Shown here in pieces: positions 38,352 through 46,441 of a stretch of 64,000 nucleotides of DNA (within the stretch, counting starts at the first letter, position 1; each line of letters opens with the position of its first letter). The notes under the pieces are model-generated. The model had not been told where the DNA came from. It did no database searches and saw nothing but the letters and a program-made list of their open reading frames with translations. The DNA lies in NCBI GenBank assembly GCA_965204535.1, contig CBDBEV010000001.1, forward strand, positions 1,888,001 to 1,952,000, read 5' to 3'. This DNA is from a bacterium. GTDB lineage: Bacteria > UBA8248. A program made the translations under genes and the position numbers.

Positions 38352-39215
38352 CTATCTTTCGAGGCCCAGCGCGACGTATTGGGGTTTGACGACGCCCCGG
38401 TCGAGACCCGCCAAAACCTCATCCAGCACGGCGAATTGTTGCTCGACCAGACGGCGCCCGCGCAGGATGGCGCCGTATCCCGGAGCGATGGTCTCGATGT
38501 CGTAGCGCTCGAAGACTTCGGTGATGCCTTTTCGGATGGAGTCCGTCCTCGCGCCCTCGAGCCACCAGTAGCGCGTGTTCAGCAGGAACGAGCGGACGAA
38601 AGCGGTCGTCGTCACCTCGTCTTCATCCAGCAGCCAGGGGCCTTCCGCCCCCTCCGCCCAGAGGTGGCTGAACATGTCCGAGGTGAACAGGATACGCGTG
38701 GCCGCATCGTAAATCCAGCGGGTGCTGATGAGGCGGATCGGCGCGTTCATCACCTCGATGTATCTATCGCCGATTTCAAGGGGATGGAGCGGCTTCAGTA
38801 TCGTGGTGGGCAGGATGGGGTTGCCGTTGTTCGCTTCGTTCGGCTCGATCGCTTCGAACTCGAGCCACTCGTTGATTTCCGGCACGGGGGCGAGGCACTC
38901 CACCACGTTGAAGCGCTTGGCGACCGCCATGGCGTTTCCCACCGACATGAATTCGTTGATGCGCAGCGGGAGCAGGTGCAGCGGCGTATCGGGCTCGATG
39001 AGGGATTCCAGCTGCGCCAGAATCTCGGCTTCGTGGGCGGCGTAGCCCGTGTCGAGCAGGAGCGCGCCCGCGTCTTCTTTCAGGAGAAAGCAGTTCGATA
39101 CGCTGTGCCCGCGCGCGCTGATGGGGTATGCGCTGATGCGCCCGTCCAGCGGGAACGTGTTGTGGAGGGCGTAGACCTTTCCCTCCGCGAGTTCGGCAAT
39201 CCCGGAATACGACAT
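38352..39215 (-). CDS. MBL-fold protein with degenerate metal site
   Basis: LLLDTG, LFTSDMF, IAPGYG scaffold, but the His-rich motif is replaced by LRINEFMSVGN. Confidence 0.75.
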   Translation of the reverse strand: MSYSGIAELAEGKVYALHNTFPLDGRISAYPISARGHSVSNCFLLKEDAGALLLDTGYAAHEAEILAQLESLIEPDTPLHLLPLRINEFMSVGNAMAVAKRFNVVECLAPVPEINEWLEFEAIEPNEANNGNPILPTTILKPLHPLEIGDRYIEVMNAPIRLISTRWIYDAATRILFTSDMFSHLWAEGAEGPWLLDEDEVTTTAFVRSFLLNTRYWWLEGARTDSIRKGITEVFERYDIETIAPGYGAILRGRRLVEQQFAVLDEVLAGLDRGVVKPQYVALGLER

Positions 39216-39405
39216 GCGTACGGCGGCCTTTCCTTGTCGGCGACGAACAGAAGACTTGCGCCGAGGGAATTTGCGACCAGATGACTAAAAATCCATTGTA
39301 ACCCCATTCCGCGTGAATTGGCGATGCCCGCAGCATTTCTCTTTAGAATCGATTCTGACCTAGAGGGGAAGAGACATTACAATCTCTTGTAGAGCACTCA
39401 ACAAC

Positions 39406-39852
39406 CACTCCCCCCTTGAGGGGGTCGGGCTTTCCCCTCGGGAAGCCCGACAGAGGCCGAGTCCTTTGGACGAAGGCCGATGTGGTGGGGGGACATGCCA
39501 CAGAAAAAGCTCCCCCCACCGACTCGTTTGCGGGCTTCGCCCTTACCTCGTCGACTCCCCCTCAAGGGGGGAGTGAAGCGTGACTTCCACCGAACTCCCC
39601 AACCCCCTTCTCAGGGGATAAAGGCAACCCCCCCTACCCCCCCTTGTCAGGGGGGTATGAAAAGGCGACGCCCGCCGCCGGGAGAGGGGCTTTTGTTTTT
39701 TCTTGCCCCCTGACATGGGGGTCTTTCTTTTTTTGCCCCCCTGACAAGGGGGGGTAGGGGGGGGTGGTTTTCGAGTCGAGGGAGGGCCGGCGGGGAGAGA
39801 GCGATTTCTCGGCTTGGGAGTTTGCTCGTCATTCCGGTGGATGCCGGAATGA
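39406..39852. repeat. Cluster of palindromic intergenic repeats
   Basis: CACTCCCCCCTTGAGGGGG...CCCCCTCAAGGGGGGAGTG element (39406-39575), inverted CCCCCCTACCCCCCCTTGTCAGGGGGG pair, and GTCATTCCGGTGGATGCCGGAATGAC hairpin. Confidence 0.8.
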
Positions 39853-39939
39853 CGGTGTTATCGACTTGGCGCGTTATTTCCCCTTGAGCGTCGTCTTCTC
39901 AAACAGGATTCCCCTAACGCCATGTTATATGGATGGTTA

Positions 39940-40198
39940 TCCGCCGCGTGGTTCGCCGTCACCAAAATGGCGGCGCCTCCGCTTCCCAAAGGCCGGGGGA
40001 CGGGGTAGGATTTATGGAAGAGCCTGCGATGGATTCGGCCGGTTGGGTCTCGTGCGGCGGGAGCCCGCGAACCCCGTCAGGTCCGGAAGGAAGCAGCGGT
40101 AAGTGGACACTCCCGGGCGCCACGAGGGCGCCTGACCGGTCGACTCCATCGCAGGGTCTGCGCGCCGCTCACGGGGTATGGGGCCCTTCAACGGCGGA
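39940..40198 (+). ncRNA. ffs: Signal recognition particle RNA (core 40023-40155; probably long form)
   Basis: GAACCCCGTCAGGTCCGGAAGGAAGCAGCGG helix-8 motif; stem CCTGCGATGGA/TCCATCGCAGG; directly upstream of dnaX. Outer limits are inferred from TCCGCCG/CGGCGGA pairing. Confidence 0.9.
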
Positions 40199-40219
40199 AA
40201 TCCTTGGGATGGATTCTTG

Positions 40220-41950
40220 ATGGCCTTCATCGGCAGCGCCAGGAAATGGCGTCCGCAGCGTTTCGAGGAACTCATCGGCCAGGAGCACATCCGGCGAACG
40301 CTCTCGAACGCGCTCGCCTCGGGGCGCGTCGCGTCCGCCTATCTGTTCAGCGGGACGCGCGGGGTCGGCAAGACGACCACCGCGCGCATTCTCGCCAAGG
40401 CGCTCAACTGCGAATCGGGAGACGGCCCTCTGCCCGAGCCGTGCAACGAGTGTTCATCGTGCGAAGAGATCACCGCAGGAAGCCATCCCGATATTCTCGA
40501 AATCGATGCCGCCACCTATACGGGGGTGGACAACGTGCGCGAGTTGCGCGAAGGGCTGCGCTACCAGCCCGCGCGCGGGCGCTACAAGACGGTTATTTTC
40601 GATGAAGTGCACATGCTCTCCAAAAGCTCCTTCAACGCGCTGCTCAAGACGCTCGAGGAACCCCCGCCCCACGTCGTCTTCATTCTGGCCACCACGGAGA
40701 TCAAGAACGTCCCCGACACGATCTTGAGCCGCTGCCAGGTGTTCGAGTTCCGGCGGATCACGACCTCGGTCATCGCGGAACATCTTTTGAGGATCGTCGA
40801 GGCGCAGGAGAGGAAGATGGACGAGGCGGCCGTCAAGCTGCTGGCGCGGATGGGAGAGGGCAGCATCCGCGATGCGCAGTCCCTGCTCGATCAGGCACTC
40901 GCTTTCTCCGCCGAGGACCCGGTATCGAGCGAGGAAGTGGAAAAAGTGCTCGGGGTGCCGTCGGGCAGTATCTATAAAGCCCTGGTCGAGGCGGTGGTCG
41001 CGCGCGACGGCAACAAGGCGCTCACCGAGCTCAAGAACCTCTTCGACGCGGGTCACGACCTCAAGCTCTTCTCCTCGAACCTGCTGGAGTATCTGCGCGA
41101 CTGCATGGTGCTCCTGTCGGCAGGCGACGATGAGGCGCTCTTCGACGTGGCGGCTTCTGAGATCGAAGAGCGCAGGCAGGTGGCCGCGAAGATGAGCTTC
41201 GCCGAGGCGCATCAGGCGTATTCCATTCTGCAGGGTGCCGAGTTCGAGCTCAGGACGTCGGATCATCCCCGCATGACGCTCGAGGTCGCGATTCTGCGCA
41301 TGTGCCAGATCGAGCCGATAGCCGATTTGGGCGCATTGATGGAGCGGCTCGAATCCATGAGCGGGGGAGCGGCGCCGAATCCCCCCCGCGCCCCCTCGCC
41401 GGGAGGAGAGGTTCCCGCCGCCGCGCCGCCTCCGGTGCCCCGGGAAACCACGGCGCCCGAGCCTGCGCCGCCTGCGAGTGAACCTGCTTCGGGGGGTTCT
41501 CCCGTCGCGCAAGTAGAAGTGCAGGAGTGGAACTCCGTCGAGGCGCGGCGCGTGTGGGCCGGAGCGGTGGAGGCCTTGCGCCCGATGAGGCGCCCGCTCT
41601 TTCACGGCGTGGAACTCGATCTGGAAACGGAAGGAACCATCCGCGTGGTGCTCGCCCGGGAGAATCGAAACGCGCAGGGCCTGCACATGGCGCAGGAGGT
41701 GCGGCCCGAAATCGAGAAGTTTTTCCGGGAGCATTCCCCCTGGAGCGCGAGGGTCGAGATAGCGGGCGCGGAAAACGGCGCGCGTTCGCAAACCGGACAG
41801 GGGGCCGGGGAGACGAGCAATGCGGGTGGCCGGAAACGGGATGATAATGAAGAGGCCGTGATCCAGGAGATCGTGGATTTGTTCAACGGAAAGATAGTCG
41901 ACATTCGCCAGGGGCGGATGCGAAAATCGGGTGGAAATACATTCGCTTGA
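40220..41950 (+). CDS. dnaX: DNA polymerase III subunit gamma/tau
   Basis: ARKWRPQRF, GTRGVGKTT, DEVHML, NALLKTLEEPP, TILSRCQ. Confidence 0.97.
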   Translation: MAFIGSARKWRPQRFEELIGQEHIRRTLSNALASGRVASAYLFSGTRGVGKTTTARILAKALNCESGDGPLPEPCNECSSCEEITAGSHPDILEIDAATYTGVDNVRELREGLRYQPARGRYKTVIFDEVHMLSKSSFNALLKTLEEPPPHVVFILATTEIKNVPDTILSRCQVFEFRRITTSVIAEHLLRIVEAQERKMDEAAVKLLARMGEGSIRDAQSLLDQALAFSAEDPVSSEEVEKVLGVPSGSIYKALVEAVVARDGNKALTELKNLFDAGHDLKLFSSNLLEYLRDCMVLLSAGDDEALFDVAASEIEERRQVAAKMSFAEAHQAYSILQGAEFELRTSDHPRMTLEVAILRMCQIEPIADLGALMERLESMSGGAAPNPPRAPSPGGEVPAAAPPPVPRETTAPEPAPPASEPASGGSPVAQVEVQEWNSVEARRVWAGAVEALRPMRRPLFHGVELDLETEGTIRVVLARENRNAQGLHMAQEVRPEIEKFFREHSPWSARVEIAGAENGARSQTGQGAGETSNAGGRKRDDNEEAVIQEIVDLFNGKIVDIRQGRMRKSGGNTFA

Positions 41951-41980
41951 GTGGTGAGGGACTACCTCGGGGAGATTCTC

Positions 41981-42298
41981 ATGTTGAAAGGCGGCATCGG
42001 CAATCTGATGAAACAGGCGCGCCAGATCCAGGACAAGATGGCCAAGCTTCAGGAGGAGATGGCGGCGAAGACGGTGGAGGCCTCCGCCGGCGGGGGGATG
42101 GTGAACGTGGTCGCCAACGGGGCGGGCGAAGTGGTCTCGGTGAAGATAGACCCGCAGGTGGTCGACCCCGACGACGTGGAGATGCTCGAGGACCTGGTGC
42201 GCGCCGCGTGCAACGAGGCGTCCCGAAAAGGCAAGGACATGATGTCCGAGGAGATGAAGAAACTCACCGGCGGCCTGCCCATTCCCGGCATGTTCTGA
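41981..42298 (+). CDS. ybaB: YbaB/EbfC nucleoid-associated protein
   Basis: LMKQA, ASAGGGMV, DVEMLEDLV; lies between dnaX and recR. Confidence 0.95.
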   Translation: MLKGGIGNLMKQARQIQDKMAKLQEEMAAKTVEASAGGGMVNVVANGAGEVVSVKIDPQVVDPDDVEMLEDLVRAACNEASRKGKDMMSEEMKKLTGGLPIPGMF

Positions 42299-42389
42299 GC
42301 AGGTGCGCGGCCTCCGCCCCGCGCATCGTTTTATATCGTCATTATCGTCGTTTCCGGCCCGCCGCCTGAAACCCGAGTGAGAAAACGCC

Positions 42390-42998
42390 ATGCAGTTGAG
42401 CCGCTTTCCCGCCATCGAAGAGTGCATCGAGGCGTTCCGCCGTCTTCCGGGGGTGGGGCCGAAGAGCGCGCAGCGAATCGTCTTTCATCTGCTGGGCAAG
42501 GACCCCGAGGCCGCCGGGAAAATCGCCGCCTCCTGCGAGGCGCTGCATGAAAAGGTGGGCCTGTGCGGCACATGTTCCATGCTCGTGGAAGGCGAAGCGG
42601 GAGGTGCCGACTGCGCGGTGTGCGGCGCGCGCGACCCGAGCGTCATCTGCGTGGTGGAAGAACCCGCCGACGTGTTCGCGGTCGAGCGCGCGGGAGGCGT
42701 GAAGGGACGCTACCACGTGCTGATGGGCGTCATCTCCCCCTTGGACGGCGTGGAGCCCGAAGACCTCACCATCGCCGGGCTCATCGAGCGCGTGAAGGCG
42801 GGCGATGTGAAAGAAGTGATCCTGGCCCTGAACCCCAACATGGCGGGCGAGGGGACTTCCCTTTATCTCGCCCAGGTGCTCAAGCCGCTCGGCGTGCGCG
42901 TGACCCAACTGGCGCACGGCCTTCCCATGGGCAGCCACCTCGAATACGCGGACGAGATGACGCTCACCCGCTCGCTCGAAGGCCGCCGCGAGATGTAG
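42390..42998 (+). CDS. recR: Recombination mediator RecR
   Basis: LPGVGPKSAQR, C4 Zn finger, ICVVEE, YHVLMG, EYADEMTL. Confidence 0.97.
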   Translation: MQLSRFPAIEECIEAFRRLPGVGPKSAQRIVFHLLGKDPEAAGKIAASCEALHEKVGLCGTCSMLVEGEAGGADCAVCGARDPSVICVVEEPADVFAVERAGGVKGRYHVLMGVISPLDGVEPEDLTIAGLIERVKAGDVKEVILALNPNMAGEGTSLYLAQVLKPLGVRVTQLAHGLPMGSHLEYADEMTLTRSLEGRREM

Positions 42999-43009
42999 CC
43001 TTGCGCGCG

Positions 43010-43629
43010 GGCGTTGTTGAGAAAGCCCTGATTACGTGATCCGGTGAATGGAGTAAGCCGGGAAGGGAGGGGTAGGGACAGGTCGCGACCTGTCCCTACA
43101 GGTGCGATTCGGTTTTGTTCGTCATTCCAGCGGCGGTCAATACCGACCGGGAAGAGGTATCCGTAGGGACAGGCCCCCGTGCCTGTCCGTGGCCCCCGTG
43201 TCCTTCCTGTATCGGAGTGAATACGACCGACGGGCGGCCACAGGGTCAGACATATATGTCTGACCCCTACGGCCTCCATTCGGGGGGCGCAGGCCTTTTT
43301 TAACAGTCCCCCCAAAGGGGGAGTGGTTTGGCCCGACCCGCTCGTGCTCTTTTCTCCGGAAGTCAGGGTTTTCCTGTAGGGGCCGCATATATGCGGCCCG
43401 TGTAGTGGGTGAAAAAAATCAGGGTCGCATATATGCGACCCCTACACTCCTCCCTTGGCTTTTGATCGTCATTCCGGTGTCGGAGCCGACCGCAGAGGAA
43501 GGGTTCGACGGAATGACGAACAAAGCCGCACCGTCTCGTAGGGACAGGTCGCGACCTGTCCCTACAGCACCCCTTTCCCGGTTGGTTCCATACGCCGAAT
43601 CACGGAATCGGGCCTTTCCCAACAACCCC
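43010..43629. repeat. Dense GTAG-REP cluster inside degenerate IS1182-type MITE ends
   Basis: GTAGGGACAGGTCGCGACCTGTCCCTAC twice, GTAGGGGCCGCATATATGCGGCCC, GGGTCGCATATATGCGACCCCTAC and others; ends GGCGTTGTTGAGAAAG / CTTTCCCAACAACCCC. Confidence 0.75.
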
Positions 43630-43632
43630 GGT

Positions 43633-44463
43633 TCAGGGGGTATAGAGCCGGATCGAGATGATCCGCACCTCTTGTTGCGGCATGCTCCCCGTCCCTACGG
43701 GGGTTGCGCCGATTTTCTCCACGATGTCCATCCCTTTGACCACTTTTCCGAAGACCGTGTGCTTGCCGGTGAGCCAGGGGGTGTCGATCAGGTTGATGAA
43801 AAACTGCGAGCCGTTCGTGTCGGGGCCGGAGTTCGCCATCGCGAGCACGCCCTTCAGGGGCGGACGCGATTTGAGCTTCGCGTTGAAGCGATAGCCCATG
43901 TTCTCGTACGCGTCCTTGAGCGTGAGATCGTCGATGCGCTTCCTCACTTCTTCCCTGCGCTTGTCGAGGTCGGCCTGGGAGCGGATGCCCATCTTCTGGA
44001 ACAGGGGATGCACCAGGGTGCGCTGGAAGTCGCTCTGGTTCCTGATGGGCAGGAAGGCGTGGGGACGCCCGTCCTTCAAGGCCTTCATTTTGTGCAGGCC
44101 CAGGGCGTCGGCGTTGATCTCATCCTCGAACTTATAGCCCGGCCCCCCGGTTCCGTTTCCCCTGGGGTCGCCGCCCTGGATCATGAACTCCTTGATGACG
44201 CGGTGAAACTTCAGCCCGTCGTAAAAGGGGCGCTTCACCTTTTTGCTGGTCTTGTGGTCCGTGAAGAAGCGCTCCCCCGTGGCGAGGCCCATGAAGTTCG
44301 CCACCGTCTTGGGCGCTTCTTCGGGGAACAACTCGATGTAGACGTCGCCGAAATTCGTCTTCATCAAGAGAACCGGGTTGGTGGGTTTTTCCTTTGCGAT
44401 CTCCTGCGCGAAAGAGGCCGAAGCCACGAGGAGCGAGAGCGCGGTTGCGAGTATGATTTTCAT
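43633..44463 (-). CDS. Exported cyclophilin-type peptidyl-prolyl isomerase with internal insertion
   Basis: Signal peptide; APKTVANF, FHRVIKEFMIQGGDP, LAMANSGPDTNGSQFFI, KHTVFGKV. Confidence 0.93.
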   Translation of the reverse strand: MKIILATALSLLVASASFAQEIAKEKPTNPVLLMKTNFGDVYIELFPEEAPKTVANFMGLATGERFFTDHKTSKKVKRPFYDGLKFHRVIKEFMIQGGDPRGNGTGGPGYKFEDEINADALGLHKMKALKDGRPHAFLPIRNQSDFQRTLVHPLFQKMGIRSQADLDKRREEVRKRIDDLTLKDAYENMGYRFNAKLKSRPPLKGVLAMANSGPDTNGSQFFINLIDTPWLTGKHTVFGKVVKGMDIVEKIGATPVGTGSMPQQEVRIISIRLYTP

Positions 44464-44595
44464 TGCGTGTCTCCGGGTGCTTGCGTGAAGAGGTGTGTTG
44501 TCCCGTCCACCCGGGCGGCTCGGGTGATGCGAGTCCCGCCGGGTGTCTCATGTTCTATAGCGTGTCGTGCTCCAAGTCCATAGAGGGGAGCATAT

Positions 44596-45066
44596 TCAAT
44601 TCATCCGCCCGAAGCGCTGCGTGAGCGCCTCTTCGCGGTAGGAGAAGATGCGGCGCAGTTGGCGGCTCACCATGAAGCTGTCGGCCAGGAACGAGAAGGG
44701 CCCCAGCGGCAGCTTGTAGTGGATGATGTCGCGCATCTCCACGCCGCCCTCGATCGGCAGAAAATGGTGCTGGTGGTGCCAGAAGCGATAGGGGCCGAAG
44801 CGCTGCTCGTCCACGAAGAGGCGGCCTTCCTCCACGTGGGTGATCTCCGTGACCCAGTGCACCGGAATCCCGAGAAGGGGCTTCACCCGGTAGCAGATGA
44901 GGACGCCGGGGTGCATCCTTTCAGGCAGTTCGTTCTCGACGACCAGGTGAAGCTCGGGCGGTGTTATCTCCGCGAGGTTCTGCGGGTTCGAGAAAAACGC
45001 CCAGGCGGCGCCGGGTTCGATGGGAAGCTGCTGGGCCGCGTCCAGGCGAAAGAAGTTGCGCCGCAT
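44596..45066 (-). CDS. SRPBCC family protein
   Basis: AWAFFSNPQNLAEITP, FVDEQRFGPYRFWHHQH, IFSYR; GGAGGGAG RBS upstream. Confidence 0.85.
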   Translation of the reverse strand: MRRNFFRLDAAQQLPIEPGAAWAFFSNPQNLAEITPPELHLVVENELPERMHPGVLICYRVKPLLGIPVHWVTEITHVEEGRLFVDEQRFGPYRFWHHQHHFLPIEGGVEMRDIIHYKLPLGPFSFLADSFMVSRQLRRIFSYREEALTQRFGRMN

Positions 45067-45332
45067 CGTATTCTCCCTCCTGCCGGGTTCCGGGCAAGGG
45101 TCGTCTTCATCCGAACCACCGGGAGGAACGAGGCGGCGCCGGTGATGTGCCGGGAGCCAGTTTACCACCGATGCGAGCGCATGACAGCTTCCCGCCCGTT
45201 CCGTCTTGAATCTGGTGGACCCGGGCGATCTCTCCGCAGCCTTTGCGCATGGCCTTCGGATGAATTTTCGGAAACCCGCTTGCAACACGACGTGTATCAT
45301 GCGATGATTCCGCCATGAGGAGGGAATCCCCG

Positions 45333-45596
45333 ATGCCCATGCGCAACCCGACGCATCCCGGTGAGAGCATCCGCGAAGCGTTGCAAGCCGCCGAATGGAC
45401 GGTGACGGACGCCGCCGGGCGGCTCGGCGTTACGCGCAACACGCTCTCGCGCCTCGTGAACGGGCGCATCGGCATTTCGCCGGAAATGGCTCTGGCCCTG
45501 GAGCGGGTCGGCTGGAGCAACGCCGAATTCTGGATGAGGAGACAGGCCGCATACGATCTGGCGCGGGCAAGACGCGCACGGGATTCGGCGGCGTAA
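45333..45596 (+). CDS. higA: HigA-family HTH antitoxin (no adjacent toxin)
   Basis: PTHPGE, LGVTRNTLSRLVNG, ISPEMALAL, AEFWMRRQAAYDL. Confidence 0.88.
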   Translation: MPMRNPTHPGESIREALQAAEWTVTDAAGRLGVTRNTLSRLVNGRIGISPEMALALERVGWSNAEFWMRRQAAYDLARARRARDSAA

Positions 45597-45670
45597 CCAC
45601 AACGCCGCCGGGAACCTCGCAGCAGGTTCTCGATTCACGGGCGATATATTCGATAGGCGGGTTTGCGCGT

Positions 45671-45762
45671 TGGCGGAGAGAGAGGGATTCGAACCCTCGA
45701 GGCCGGTTTCCCAGCCTACTCGCTTAGCAGGCGAGCGCCTTCAGCCACTCGGCCATCTCTCC
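45671..45762 (-). tRNA. tRNA-Ser(GCT)
   Basis: GGAGAGA acceptor stem, anticodon arm CTCGC-CT-GCT-AA-GCGAG, long variable arm, GGTTCGAATCC, encoded CCA. Confidence 0.97.
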
Positions 45763-45894
45763 GCGAGGGCCGCCATTCTATATCATAAGCGGGGGCGGCG
45801 GCTATCCTCCGCAGGAGAAATCGCCCCCGCGAGGGGTTTTGAAAAAGCCCTCCCACAAACAGAGAATGGATTTCTCAATCGACATAAGCTTATG

Positions 45895-46408
45895 AATCAA
45901 CTCCCCCCTTGAGGGGGAGTCGAAGAGCTAAGGGCGTAAGCCCGAAAGCGATTCGGTGGGGGGACATGCCACAGAAAAAACTCCCCCCACCGGTTCGGTT
46001 TCGGATAAAATCCCCCTCACCTCACCGTCTGGCTTTCCCCTCGGGAAGCCAGACCCTCAAGGGCCTGTTGAAAAACCCCTCGTCGAGCGGAATTGATTGC
46101 CGGAATGACAATCAAAAGCACATTCACCCGTAGGGGCGGCCCCCTGTGGCCGCCCTGCCCCGTGGCTACGCTTAGCACGGACAGGCACGGGGGCCTGTCC
46201 CTACGGTGAACAATTCGATGATTGGGATTCCTTCCCCACCGGAGGGTTTTTCAACAAACCCCTCAAGGGGGGAGTTGATTTCCTTGTTTCCAGGTCGGCA
46301 ACTACCTTCAAGAGGGAGTGTTCTCTTCTCCCTCCCCGGTCGTGTTCGACCTTCAATCCTCCTTCTCAGGGGATAAAGGCAACCCCCCCTACCCCCCCTT
46401 GTCAGGGG
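45895..46408. repeat. Palindromic element (45895-46280) plus CCCCCCTACCCCCCCTTGTCAGGGG repeat
   Basis: Terminal IRs AATCAACTCCCCCCTTGAG / CTCAAGGGGGGAGTTGATT; interior similar to 14984-15136 and 39406-39575. Confidence 0.8.
46061..46261. mobile_element. 201-bp MITE with IS1182-type ends and CTCAA target duplication
   Basis: CTCAA-GGGCCTGTTGAAAAACCC ... GGGTTTTTCAACAAACCC-CTCAA; carries a GTAG-REP pair (46130-46204). Confidence 0.85.
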
Positions 46409-46441
46409 TCAAAACCGACCGGGGGAGCGCCGCCCGGCGGC

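Noticed and set aside
40220-41950. Programmed frameshift in dnaX producing a gamma subunit
   Set aside because: No AAAAAAG slippery site or long A-run was seen in the linker region.
43072-43565. Repeat cluster as a CRISPR array
   Set aside because: Units vary in sequence, orientation and spacing, are GTAG-REP hairpins, and no cas genes are present.
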